Assembly: GCA_965195285.1 (NCBI GenBank)
Contig: CBDAFS010000039.1
Location: 74,882-138,881 of the forward strand
DNA: 64,000 nucleotides
Direction: 5' to 3'
Origin: an uncultured Aminicenantes bacterium
GTDB taxonomy: Bacteria; Acidobacteriota; Aminicenantia; UBA2199
Below the pieces are notes generated by a model. It ran no database searches. It had not been told where the DNA came from and saw only the letters and a program-made list of their open reading frames with translations. Below are positions 8,296-17,726 of this stretch, one piece after another (the stretch's first letter is position 1; the number at the start of each line of letters is the position of its first letter). A program made the translations under genes and the position numbers.

Positions 8296-9929
8296 GAATC
8301 TTTTTCGGTTTTTAGTTTCTTGTATTTGAAAAAATCTCCGCTTTCGTCGACGATCCGGCGGTACCAGTCTTCCGGGTAACCGGGGTGTTTAACCTTGTTC
8401 AACTCATTTTTGACATTGCCATCCAGGTATTTGAAAATTAAAAACTCACCCAATTTTTTCCAGCTTTTCACCGTCGATTCAGCTATTTTGATTGAATATT
8501 TATTGAGGTATTCCCTGGACAGTTGCGAAGACTTTTTATAAAGCTCCAAAGCCGCTTTTTCAATCTCCGGCTGATTGGACATGAAATTTCCTTCCAGCTG
8601 ACGCTGGACTCTTTGTATATCCTGAATCATATCCGAATATCGTGAATAAGCATAATTCGAGACAAAGTTGAAGACCCAGAAAGCCGAATCCCAGTTGAAA
8701 TGATTGAAATCAGCAGTTCCCACGGCATAGGCTTTTGGAATCTCGCGGATACTGCAATACATGGGCACATATACAGTGCTATATGTATCATCTACCGAAA
8801 ACCAGATTATCCCTCCAACCACATCCGGAAGCCAGGACCTGGACTGGGTCACAAAAGAAAATCCGGTTTGCTGGGTGGAGGTAGCCCTTTCATTGAAATA
8901 TTCTACATCATCCACTTTCCAGGTTAGGGGACGCCAGCGGTAGGGCAATTTATAAGGTCCGGCCCCTACTCCCCGGGTCATATCCAGTTCACTTCCTTCA
9001 AAATGATCCCTCATCAGCTCCATTACATCCCTTACCGATAATTTCTTATCCGGTTTAATCCACAGGGGCATGGGTTGGGCTCCGTCAACTCCCTTGATAA
9101 AATCAGATGAAAGATTCAAGGACGGAGCTACCCGTCTGAACATACTCCAGACTCTGGCTTCACAGAAACGAAGGCCACCGAAATCCAGAGGGGCATAGGC
9201 ATCGACAAAACTGAAATCTTCATCCTTTCCTTTAAAATATCCTTTGTCCCTGGCAAATGAAATGACATCCTTGGCATACAGGCAATTTTGTTTATCATTC
9301 AAAGGAAACTGCCGGATTCTGGCCTGATTGGCATGGGCGCAAACATATCCATCCGGAATCAGTCGGGCCACCCAGACTGCCCCTTTGTTATCAGGTCCTT
9401 TGCCAATGATCTCCATGATCCATACTTCATTCTTATCTGAAATGGAAAACGATTCACCGGAACTGCAATACCCGTATTTTTCAACCAGATCACCAATTAT
9501 CAATACGCCTTGGCGAGCGGTTTTGGCCCGCTGAAGCATGATGTACATCAGACTTCCGTAGTCCATAACACCCTTAGGATCCTTCAATTCCTTGCGTCCG
9601 CCATAGGTGGTTTCACCGATTGCAACCTGATACTCATTGATATTACCGACAACCGAATAGGTCTGTTCAACCTGTTTGATTTTTCCCAAATACTTTCCAG
9701 TATCCCATTCATATATATCCAGAAAAGACCCCTTGATATGACGGGCTGCCGGCGTGTAATACAATTCACCATAGAGGACATGCGAATCTGCCGCATAAGT
9801 GATCATGGTACTTCTGTCAACTGAAGCGCCCTTGGTAATCAAAAAATTGGTGCATGCCATTAGCTCAAAATCCAACCATAAAACCATTAAAATGAGAATA
9901 AATATTGTTTTGAAAATTTTAGCAATCAT
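8289..9929 (-). CDS. C69 family dipeptidase (secreted Ntn-hydrolase)
   Basis: Signal peptide then ACTNFL (N-terminal Cys nucleophile), GETTYGGR, GESFSISD, HANQARI; AAGGAGG RBS before ATG 9929. Confidence 0.88.
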   Translation of the reverse strand: MIAKIFKTIFILILMVLWLDFELMACTNFLITKGASVDRSTMITYAADSHVLYGELYYTPAARHIKGSFLDIYEWDTGKYLGKIKQVEQTYSVVGNINEYQVAIGETTYGGRKELKDPKGVMDYGSLMYIMLQRAKTARQGVLIIGDLVEKYGYCSSGESFSISDKNEVWIMEIIGKGPDNKGAVWVARLIPDGYVCAHANQARIRQFPLNDKQNCLYAKDVISFARDKGYFKGKDEDFSFVDAYAPLDFGGLRFCEARVWSMFRRVAPSLNLSSDFIKGVDGAQPMPLWIKPDKKLSVRDVMELMRDHFEGSELDMTRGVGAGPYKLPYRWRPLTWKVDDVEYFNERATSTQQTGFSFVTQSRSWLPDVVGGIIWFSVDDTYSTVYVPMYCSIREIPKAYAVGTADFNHFNWDSAFWVFNFVSNYAYSRYSDMIQDIQRVQRQLEGNFMSNQPEIEKAALELYKKSSQLSREYLNKYSIKIAESTVKSWKKLGEFLIFKYLDGNVKNELNKVKHPGYPEDWYRRIVDESGDFFKYKKLKTEKDSH

Positions 9930-10097
9930 GATTTTTAAAACCTCCTTTGCTTTCAAGTGAATGATCAACGAATTTTGAATACTTAAAAAACGCATCAACT
10001 ATTTTATCTAAATCAAAATCCGAAGTAAAGAAAATAATTTGTTGCAATAGTAAAATATTTACTTTAGAATGAAATATTATTTACATTCATCTTTATC

Positions 10098-11693
10098 ATG
10101 AAGAAAATCAAGGGTTATAATTTAAAAAAAATTGTTTATCTAGACGGTATACGACTCAGGAATGCAATCCTGTCCAGTCTAGCTTTAATAAAAAATAAAA
10201 AGAATTATCTGAATAAAATAAATTTTTTTCCCATACCTGATAAAGATGCCGGAACAAATTTTTTCCATACATTGAACTTCATCGTTTCCGAACTATACTT
10301 TCTTGAGGATCGTTCGGTTACCTTAATGAGCCATCAATTATCCAAATCTGCCCTATCCGCTGCCCAAGGATATTCAGGTACTATTCTGGCCCAGTTCTTT
10401 CAAGGTTTTGCCCAGGGATTTTCAGGACAGGTCAGAATTTCAACAGTGGATTTTGCGCTTGCTTCACAAAAAGCCTCCAAAGCAGCTTATGCGTCACTCT
10501 CCGAACCTATAGAAGGCACAATTTTAAGTGTTATGAGAGATTGGGCCAATTCGGTTTCCAAAATCGCCGAACAAACCGATGATTTTGTCGAACTTCTAAA
10601 TATGAGTTTGCTAGAGGCAAAACAATCCCTGGCTGAAACAAAAAAAATATTACCGGTTTTGAAAAAGGCCGGTGTGGTTGATGCAGGTGCTCAGGGATTT
10701 ATTTTTTTACTGGATGGAATCCTGAATTTCATAAAAAAAGGAAATTTAAAAGATCTTCGAACTTTATCTCGAAATAATAAATCCAGTCAAGGTCATAAAT
10801 ATGAAAAAAAAATTCACGATTATTCAGGTGCTCCGCCAGTAGATGAATTTGGCATCGTGACCGACTCATCGTGTGATCTTCCCGATCATTATTTAATAAA
10901 TTATCAGATCCATGTAATTCCACTCAAAATCATATTTGGATCCGAAACCTTTCTGGATAAAGTGCAGATCACTCCAACTGAATTCTATAATAAATCGATC
11001 AAATCACCGATACATCCCAAAACCTCACAACCGTCATTGGCAGATGTCACCCGGCTATTCGATGAGATTGTACCCAAATACAATCATATCCTGTCCATTC
11101 ACATCCCCCGGGCAATAAGTGGAACCCTGTCGGTCGTTGAAAAAGCAGCCCAAAAATACGGGAAAAAGATCACCTGCATAGACGGAAAAAATATTTCAGC
11201 CGCTTTGGGACTGGTGATCATGGAAGCGGTATATGCAATAGAGAAAGATCTATCCCGGGAAAAGGTTATTGATCGAATTGAACAATCAATAGATAATATT
11301 AAAATTTTCATTGTTTTGCCAACGGTAAAATATCTGGTCAAGGGAGGAAGGCTCAGTAAATCCAAGGGATTCATCGGACGTCTGCTTCGGTTGAATCCGA
11401 TTTTATCTTTTGATACTCGGGGACATATTGTGCCCCTGTCCAAAGCATTTGGAAACAAAGCAGCCTTGAAAAAAGCATTTAAAATCGTACAACTAGCGGT
11501 TAAAGATTATAAGCGAATTAAATTCATGATTGCCCATGCCAATGCCCCGGTGAAAGCCAGGTGGGTATCGGTCAAGCTGTCCGGATTGTTTCAGCTGCAA
11601 GAGGAGATAGAAATTGTTGAGGTGGCCCCGGTTCTGGGTGTACATGTCGGACCCGGAACCGTTGGATTCGGATTTATCGGTTATCATCAATAA
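10098..11693 (+). CDS. DAK2 (FakA-like)-DegV (FakB-like) fusion protein
   Basis: INFFPIPDKDAGTN, EGTILSV, VVDAGAQG (DAK2); IVTDSSCDL, KTSQPS, YLVKGGR, HVGPG (DegV). Confidence 0.88.
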   Translation: MKKIKGYNLKKIVYLDGIRLRNAILSSLALIKNKKNYLNKINFFPIPDKDAGTNFFHTLNFIVSELYFLEDRSVTLMSHQLSKSALSAAQGYSGTILAQFFQGFAQGFSGQVRISTVDFALASQKASKAAYASLSEPIEGTILSVMRDWANSVSKIAEQTDDFVELLNMSLLEAKQSLAETKKILPVLKKAGVVDAGAQGFIFLLDGILNFIKKGNLKDLRTLSRNNKSSQGHKYEKKIHDYSGAPPVDEFGIVTDSSCDLPDHYLINYQIHVIPLKIIFGSETFLDKVQITPTEFYNKSIKSPIHPKTSQPSLADVTRLFDEIVPKYNHILSIHIPRAISGTLSVVEKAAQKYGKKITCIDGKNISAALGLVIMEAVYAIEKDLSREKVIDRIEQSIDNIKIFIVLPTVKYLVKGGRLSKSKGFIGRLLRLNPILSFDTRGHIVPLSKAFGNKAALKKAFKIVQLAVKDYKRIKFMIAHANAPVKARWVSVKLSGLFQLQEEIEIVEVAPVLGVHVGPGTVGFGFIGYHQ

Positions 11694-11712
11694 TTAAACA
11701 AAACAGGAAGGC

Positions 11713-12900
11713 TTAAGTGGATTTATTAAGTTCCAGACGATTGATGATATGTTGGTATTTCTTTTCAATCACCGGCCAGGAATAGTTGTCCTGAAAAAAT
11801 TGCACGCCATTTTCACCCAGCCTGGATCGAATCCCGGGGTTCCCCTGCAACAATAACACAATGGCCTTGAATTCCTCATAATCGGAATACCATAATCCCG
11901 CATTGCTGCGTTTGCATTGACCCTGGAGTACTTCGGTTCTTCCATTGGCAACCACCGGCTTCCCAATGGCCCAGGCCTCCAATGCCACCATGGAAAGCGA
12001 CTCAAACTGTGAGGGTATAATCAAAAAATCAGATCCTTTCAAGGCATCAAACTTTTCACTGTCAGATACAAATCCCAGATACCTGATTTTCGGGTGATCT
12101 GGAATTTCAATCAGTGATTTCCCCATCAGGACCAGGGTATAATCTATCTTCGTCTCCTCCAAGAATTTTAGATAAAATGAAAGCAGTTCCGGTATTCCCT
12201 TGTTTTCATCCAGGCGCCCGATATAGACAAAATAATTTTCAGGGATTTTGTATTTCTCCCGGAATACCCAAGGCGAAAATGAAGAGGGAATCTCCGAGCC
12301 CACACCCACGATATCTCCGATTACCGATTCATTTCCCGCCATTTGATTGATCATTGCCTTCTCTTCATGTGAATTGTAAACAATGGCTCCGGGTAAATTA
12401 AAAAAATTCTTGAACATCCTCAAATATATTACATCATCATGTTCGGCAGTGGGAACCAGAATTGATTTTTCCCGAAACCTGGTAATACCTTGAAAAGAAT
12501 GATAATAACGATATGAGAAAAAAATGAAATAATCAAATTCCCCTTCCCGGTTCTCCAGTTCTTTGATCAGGGCAGGTACCCTGGGTCCCTCTTCATCCAG
12601 CCAGGTTATTTCTTCCTCCAGGCTGTGTTCGTTGTTGAAAATAAAATTCTGAATTTTCCCGAACCGCTCCGGATCCCGGGTTTGATGGACATTAAAGCGG
12701 TTTACCCGGATACCATCCACTTGATCCTGACCCGGGGGGAAATGATGCTCCCAAGTAATGTAATCCAGGGCCGTGGTGGTAAAAACTTCAATTGCATAGT
12801 ATTTTGCCATTTTCTCGGTAATCAATTTGGCATGATATTCGGCACCCCCATTTATTTCCGAACCGTATCGCTGAACCACAATTGCAATTTTTTTAGCCAT
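11713..12900 (-). CDS. GT4 family glycosyltransferase
   Basis: GGAE near the N-terminus, GRLDENKG, PSQFESLSMVALEAW (EX7E). Confidence 0.9.
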   Translation of the reverse strand: MAKKIAIVVQRYGSEINGGAEYHAKLITEKMAKYYAIEVFTTTALDYITWEHHFPPGQDQVDGIRVNRFNVHQTRDPERFGKIQNFIFNNEHSLEEEITWLDEEGPRVPALIKELENREGEFDYFIFFSYRYYHSFQGITRFREKSILVPTAEHDDVIYLRMFKNFFNLPGAIVYNSHEEKAMINQMAGNESVIGDIVGVGSEIPSSFSPWVFREKYKIPENYFVYIGRLDENKGIPELLSFYLKFLEETKIDYTLVLMGKSLIEIPDHPKIRYLGFVSDSEKFDALKGSDFLIIPSQFESLSMVALEAWAIGKPVVANGRTEVLQGQCKRSNAGLWYSDYEEFKAIVLLLQGNPGIRSRLGENGVQFFQDNYSWPVIEKKYQHIINRLELNKST

Positions 12901-12906
12901 GATTTA

Positions 12907-12934
12907 ATTATAACACAGTACTGGATTCTGTCGA
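12907..12934 (-). promoter_or_regulatory. extended -10 promoter for the GT4 gene, probably leaderless
   Basis: TCGACA-N16-TATAAT with TGn; ATG 6 nt after the -10; no SD. Confidence 0.55.
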
Positions 12935-12964
12935 ATAATCCATTCCTGGCGGAAAAACAATAGC

Positions 12965-12993
12965 TTTACATTTAACAATAATCTTGCTAAAAT
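12965..12993 (+). promoter_or_regulatory. putative sigma70 promoter for the RiPP cassette
   Basis: TTTACA-N17-TAAAAT with extended TGn. Confidence 0.55.
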
Positions 12994-12996
12994 CAA

Positions 12997-13287
12997 ATGA
13001 TCGTCATGAAACCAACCGCCAATCCCACGGCCAACCCCACGATAGTACTCAGGGAAGAATTCGACGACTGGGCCATTCTTTTTGATCCCGATACCGGTAA
13101 CGCTCATGGCATCAACCCGGTGGGTGTGTTTGTCTGGAAGCATCTGGACGGCCTGCATACTGCCAACCAGATATTGCAGAAGTTGCATGAAAGCTGTGAA
13201 ACTGTGCCCCAGGATGCTGAAAAAGATGTAAATGATTTTATTGAGGATCTTGTAAAAAGAGGATATGCCGGATATGAAGCCCGATAA
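12997..13287 (+). CDS. scmD: PqqD-family RiPP recognition element (SynChlorMet ScmD-like); real start may be 13006
   Basis: NPTIVLREEFDDWAILFDPDTG...INPVGVFVWKHLDG...DVNDFIEDL PqqD pattern, directly upstream of rSAM genes. Confidence 0.88.
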   Translation: MIVMKPTANPTANPTIVLREEFDDWAILFDPDTGNAHGINPVGVFVWKHLDGLHTANQILQKLHESCETVPQDAEKDVNDFIEDLVKRGYAGYEAR

Positions 13288-14395
13288 CCTTCATACCTCC
13301 ATGCGGCTGATGAAGACCCCGCGAACCGTTGATATTGCTATCACCAACAAGTGCAACCTGCGTTGCACTTACTGCTACCATTTTTCCAGTGCCGGCGATG
13401 TTGACGAGGACTTGCCAAAAGAGGAATGGCTCGGATTTTTCGAAGAATTGAAGCGCTGTGCAGTGATAGATGTTGTTTTGGCCGGTGGCGAGCCTTTCTT
13501 CCGCAAGGATTTAAGCGAACTGATAGAAGGTATTGTCAAAAACAATATGCGGTTTTCTATCCTCAGTAATGGTACCCTCATTACCGATGAAATCGCCGAA
13601 TTTCTATCTTCCACGGGACGATGTGATTATATTCAGGTTTCCCTTGACGGATCCAAACCTGAAACCCATGATACCTGCCGGGGTAATGGAAATTTTAATC
13701 GAGCCATTAAGGGTATCGAGTGTCTCCGAAAACATTCTGTTAATGTCCAGGTTCGCGCCACGATTCATAAGCATAACGTCACGGATCTTGAGGAAATGGC
13801 CCGGTTTTTATTGGAGGAAATCGGGCTTGAGAGCTTTTCCACTAATGCCGCTTCCTACATGGGCCTCTTAAGACAACATGTGGAGCAAGTGGGATTAACC
13901 GTTGAAGATCGAATGCTGGCCATGGAGTCCCTTGTCAGGCTAAACAAAAAATATGCCAATCGCATCAACGCCCAAGCCGGACCACTGGCAGAGGCTGCCA
14001 TGTGGGCCGAAATGAAGATCGCCCGCGACCAAGGAAAAAAACAGATTCCCGGTCGAGGGCATCTAACCGCCTGCGGCTGCGTGACGGTGAAAATTGCCGT
14101 CCGTGCCGACGGTGCCATTGTCCCTTGCACCATGCTCAGTCACATGAAACTCGGGCAGATCAATAAGGATGATTTTAAAGCAATCTGGCAAGACCATCCG
14201 GAAATGCGAAAAATGAGAGAACGACGAAATATCCCTTTAAGTGATTTTATATTCTGCCGGGAATGCGAATACATCAATTTCTGCACGGGAAACTGCCCGG
14301 GTCTTGCTTACTCGATTGTCGGGATAGTGAATCATCCGAGCCCGGATGCATGCCTGCGGCGATTTCTTGAGGATGGGGGAAGGCTTCCTTTATAG
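13265..14395 (+). CDS. scmE: radical SAM/SPASM peptide maturase (ScmE-like)
   Basis: CNLRCTYC, GGEP, SPASM cysteines CGC...PC...CRECEYINFCTGNC...C. Confidence 0.88.
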   Translation: MPDMKPDNLHTSMRLMKTPRTVDIAITNKCNLRCTYCYHFSSAGDVDEDLPKEEWLGFFEELKRCAVIDVVLAGGEPFFRKDLSELIEGIVKNNMRFSILSNGTLITDEIAEFLSSTGRCDYIQVSLDGSKPETHDTCRGNGNFNRAIKGIECLRKHSVNVQVRATIHKHNVTDLEEMARFLLEEIGLESFSTNAASYMGLLRQHVEQVGLTVEDRMLAMESLVRLNKKYANRINAQAGPLAEAAMWAEMKIARDQGKKQIPGRGHLTACGCVTVKIAVRADGAIVPCTMLSHMKLGQINKDDFKAIWQDHPEMRKMRERRNIPLSDFIFCRECEYINFCTGNCPGLAYSIVGIVNHPSPDACLRRFLEDGGRLPL

Positions 14396-14405
14396 TGAAC
14401 GATCG

Positions 14406-15533
14406 ATGAGTATCAACAAAGACCGAAAAGGACGAGCATATCCCTTGAATCAGATATATTTTTACCTGACCAAAGGATGCAACCTGCGCTGCCGTCACTG
14501 CTGGATTGCGCCGAAATTTCAGACCGAAAAGCGTTCCTATCCCGTTCTATCCACGGATCTTTTTCGATCCATCATTGAGCAGGCTAAAATACTGGGCCTT
14601 TACGGTGTCAAATTGACCGGTGGAGAACCCCTGATGCACCCTGATATTCATGAGATTCTCAAGTATATTAAGGAAGAAGATCTTAAACTTACGGTGGAGA
14701 CCAATGGGATTCTCTGTACCCTCGAAATTGCCCAAAAAATGGCGAACTGCAACAATCCATTTGTCTCGGTGAGCCTGGATGGTGCCGATGCCCCAACCCA
14801 TGAATGGGTGCGCGGAGTTTCCGGCTGTTTTGAGGAAACTCTTCAAGGCATACGGAATCTTGTTGATGCCGGATTAAAACCCCAAATCATCATGAGCCTC
14901 ATGCGGCGCAACAAAGATGAGATGGGGCGTCTTGTACAGCTGGCGGAAAAACTGGGAGCAGAATCGGTCAAATTTAACCTCACCATGCCCATCGCAAGGG
15001 GGAAGAAGCTGCATGATAGCGGAGAGACCCTGACCATTGAAGAGCTTGTAGAGCTGGGCTCGTGGGTGGAGAATACGCTTTCCGCTTCAACCGAACTGCG
15101 GCTGGTATACGATCATCCGACAGCCTTCCGTCCATTGGGAAAGATGTTTGGAAATAACGGGGATGGATGCAGCCGATGTGGAATCCTTGGCATTCTGGGA
15201 GTACTGGCAAATGGATCTTATGCCCTTTGCGGTATCGGGGAGAATGTGGCTGAATTGGTTTTTGGGCATGCGGAAACAGAACGCCTGGAGGATATATGGA
15301 AAAAGACCGATATTCTAAATGAATTACGTGAAGGACTTACAGAGCGCTTCGAAGGGGTCTGTGGAAGTTGTCTCATGAGATACTTGTGCCTGAGAAGCTG
15401 TATCGCCCAAAATTATTACCAGAACAAGAATCTTTGGGCACCTCATTGGTTTTGTGAAACGGCCAGGGGAAAAGGGCTCTTTCCGAAAACCCGGTTACAT
15501 TTTTCCAGCTCGAATAACAATTTAAATAAGTAA
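14406..15533 (+). CDS. scmF: radical SAM/SPASM peptide maturase (ScmF-like)
   Basis: YFYLTKGCNLRCRHCWIAP, GGEP, CGI...ALCGIG...CGSCLMRYLCLRSCIA...WFC. Confidence 0.88.
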   Translation: MSINKDRKGRAYPLNQIYFYLTKGCNLRCRHCWIAPKFQTEKRSYPVLSTDLFRSIIEQAKILGLYGVKLTGGEPLMHPDIHEILKYIKEEDLKLTVETNGILCTLEIAQKMANCNNPFVSVSLDGADAPTHEWVRGVSGCFEETLQGIRNLVDAGLKPQIIMSLMRRNKDEMGRLVQLAEKLGAESVKFNLTMPIARGKKLHDSGETLTIEELVELGSWVENTLSASTELRLVYDHPTAFRPLGKMFGNNGDGCSRCGILGILGVLANGSYALCGIGENVAELVFGHAETERLEDIWKKTDILNELREGLTERFEGVCGSCLMRYLCLRSCIAQNYYQNKNLWAPHWFCETARGKGLFPKTRLHFSSSNNNLNK

Positions 15534-15562
15534 TAGACAATATTGCAAAAGTATAGTATTCT
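15534..15562 (+). promoter_or_regulatory. possible internal promoter for the precursor peptide gene
   Basis: TAGACA-N17-TATTCT in the AT-rich gap after scmF. Confidence 0.3.
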
Positions 15563-15585
15563 CAAAGTAGACAAAGATAGCAGCG

Positions 15586-15822
15586 ATGAAATACGAAAAA
15601 CCATTACTCGTTGAATTGAATAATCCGAATATCGCGTATGGACTCTGTGCAAATGGTTCCGGCGACGAAGGGCCTTGTGGATCAGGGACTTCACCAGTTA
15701 CCAGATGTGTAATCGGTAGTAACGCTGGCGCGGCTTGTAATTCAGGTAATATCGCGAATAATAACTGTGTGAACGGAAGCTCGGCAGGAGGTCTATGTAA
15801 CCCTGGCAGCACCGCAAATTAA
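15586..15822 (+). CDS. RiPP precursor peptide with six CxxG repeats at 10-residue period
   Basis: Leader MKYEKPLL (YxxPxL); Cys at 21, 31, 41, 51, 61, 71; Gly/Ser/Asn-rich; lies between rSAM genes and scmC. Confidence 0.85.
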   Translation: MKYEKPLLVELNNPNIAYGLCANGSGDEGPCGSGTSPVTRCVIGSNAGAACNSGNIANNNCVNGSSAGGLCNPGSTAN

Positions 15823-15893
15823 GAGAACCTCAAACATCCGCCAGCGGTCTTGTATGAAACGATCTGTCAAGCAAAGAAGATGAGAGCCATATA

Positions 15894-16778
15894 ATGGAAG
15901 AACCCGAAAAATCCGAACCAGTGACCGTTCAAAGATCATATCATCTATCATTGAGTGATGGAAACCGATGGTGTTTTTCTGCAGATCACCGCAACACCCA
16001 TGTGTTAGATAACCTGGCTCGCATTATGCGACTCAATCAAGGGATCGTAAACGGCTCACCCAGGCTTATTTTCTGCAGTAATGGGTCCAATAGGGGAAAG
16101 GGTGCCAACAGGCATACCAATACGCATAAGCCCTTTCGGTTTTGGAAACATAACGGTGGACCTGATGTCTTTTGTGAGACAAATGACAACAGAGGACTTG
16201 AAATTCAATACTTACATATGTGGCATGGCCTTTTGCCTATCTACCGACAAAGTGTTCGTAAGGGAGGACTGGCTATACATGGGGCCTTGACTGAGCTAAA
16301 CGGCGAAGGATTTTTGATTATAGCACCGAGTGGTGGCGGAAAATCAACCTGCTATCACCGGTTTCCTGGTTACTGGCAGCCATTGTGTGATGATGAAGCA
16401 CTGGTTGTTCTCGACGAGCAAAAAAAATACCGGGCCCATCCATTTCCAACCTGGAGCGATTATCTTTGGAAACGTTCCCAAAGGACCTGGAATGTTCAGT
16501 ATTCGGTACCGCTTAAGGGATTATTTTTTCTTGAAAAAGCCGACATTGATACAGTCGAATCATTGGGAGAGGGTAAGGCCGTCGTATTAATGAATGCATC
16601 GGCCAACCAAGTTTTTGAAAAATACTATCGAATATTAAATAAAAAAGATCAAAGAACGCTTCGGCAGAGGTTCTTTAAAAATACCTGCCGTATGGCAAAG
16701 CAGATTCCGTCGTATCGTCTGTGTGTCAGCCGTGATGACAAATTTTGGGAAAAGATGGAAAAGGTCCTGGACCGATAA
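15894..16778 (+). CDS. scmC: ScmC-like HprK-related P-loop protein
   Basis: GGLAIHGAL, Walker A APSGGGKST, LCDDE, HPFPTWSDY. Confidence 0.82.
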   Translation: MEEPEKSEPVTVQRSYHLSLSDGNRWCFSADHRNTHVLDNLARIMRLNQGIVNGSPRLIFCSNGSNRGKGANRHTNTHKPFRFWKHNGGPDVFCETNDNRGLEIQYLHMWHGLLPIYRQSVRKGGLAIHGALTELNGEGFLIIAPSGGGKSTCYHRFPGYWQPLCDDEALVVLDEQKKYRAHPFPTWSDYLWKRSQRTWNVQYSVPLKGLFFLEKADIDTVESLGEGKAVVLMNASANQVFEKYYRILNKKDQRTLRQRFFKNTCRMAKQIPSYRLCVSRDDKFWEKMEKVLDR

Positions 16779-16791
16779 TCAAGGGAAATTA

Positions 16792-16860
16792 ATGAGACCC
16801 AATATGAACTATATGGGTCCCAGCATGAATCCCATCCTGAAAACGGGTGACATCGTTTGA
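16792..16860 (+). pseudogene. truncated S24/S26 (signal peptidase-like) gene, 22 codons
   Basis: Translates to MRPNMNYMGPSMNPILKTGDIV-stop, matching the GxSMxPxLxxGD catalytic-Ser box; AAGGGA RBS upstream. Confidence 0.65.
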
Positions 16861-16885
16861 CATTTCAGACCAAATATTATATATA
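16857..16885 (+). promoter_or_regulatory. putative sigma70 promoter of etfBA
   Basis: TTGACA 16857-16862, 17 nt, TATATA; AGGAGG RBS downstream. Confidence 0.5.
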
Positions 16886-16937
16886 GGACTATAATCTTTT
16901 GAGTATAAATATTCATTTCAATCATTAGGAGGTAAGC

Positions 16938-17717
16938 ATGAATATATATGTATGTATAAAACAGGTTCCTGATACCGAAGCTGTTTTAAATATTAAAGAA
17001 GGCAAGTTTATCAATGAAGAAAACATCAAATGGATTATCAGTCCCTATGATGAAATTGTCCTGGAATTTGCCCTGCAGTTAAAAGAGAAGAATCCGGACT
17101 TCAAGGTCACCCTGATTACGGTAGGTCCTCCCCGGGCAGAGAGCACTATTCGCAGTGGTCTGGCCATGGGTGCTGAAAGTGCCATTCATATTGAAGCGAG
17201 CGATTACCTTGATCATAAGACCATTGCCAAGGCATTGGCCCAGGCCTTGAAAAATGAGGGCGATTTCGGTGTCATCTTCACGGGGAAACAGGCCATTGAT
17301 GACGATGCGAGTTTGACCCATATTTATCTTGCTCAAAGCCTGGATATTCCGGTAGTCACAAATGTTATCGGATTTCAGATGGAAGCGGAGAAAGTCATTG
17401 TTGAGAGAGAGATTGATCAGGGAGCCAGGGAAAAAATCGAAATGGGTATCCCCTGTGTAATCGCTGCCACCAAAGGTATTAATGATGTTAACGAGCCCAG
17501 ATACGCTACCCTGATGGGTATCATGAAAGCCAAGAAAATACCCATTAAAAAAATATCGATTCAGGATCTGGGGATTAAAGATGCCACTCCTACGGTCACA
17601 CAGGAAAAACTGGAAGCACCGCCCGAAAAACCGTCCGGAAGAATCATTGAAGGCGAAGTTACAGAATCCATTAAAGAGCTGGTTAGATTGTTGAAAGATG
17701 AAGCTAAGGTATTATAG
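16938..17717 (+). CDS. etfB: electron transfer flavoprotein beta subunit
   Basis: VCIKQVPD, ISPYDE, LAMGA, GKQAIDDD, NEPRY. Confidence 0.96.
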   Translation: MNIYVCIKQVPDTEAVLNIKEGKFINEENIKWIISPYDEIVLEFALQLKEKNPDFKVTLITVGPPRAESTIRSGLAMGAESAIHIEASDYLDHKTIAKALAQALKNEGDFGVIFTGKQAIDDDASLTHIYLAQSLDIPVVTNVIGFQMEAEKVIVEREIDQGAREKIEMGIPCVIAATKGINDVNEPRYATLMGIMKAKKIPIKKISIQDLGIKDATPTVTQEKLEAPPEKPSGRIIEGEVTESIKELVRLLKDEAKVL

Positions 17718-17726
17718 GAGGAATCA

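Noticed and set aside
13009-13041. KPTANPTANPT mini-repeat at the ScmD N-terminus
   Set aside because: A short imperfect 12-bp duplication with no evident functional meaning
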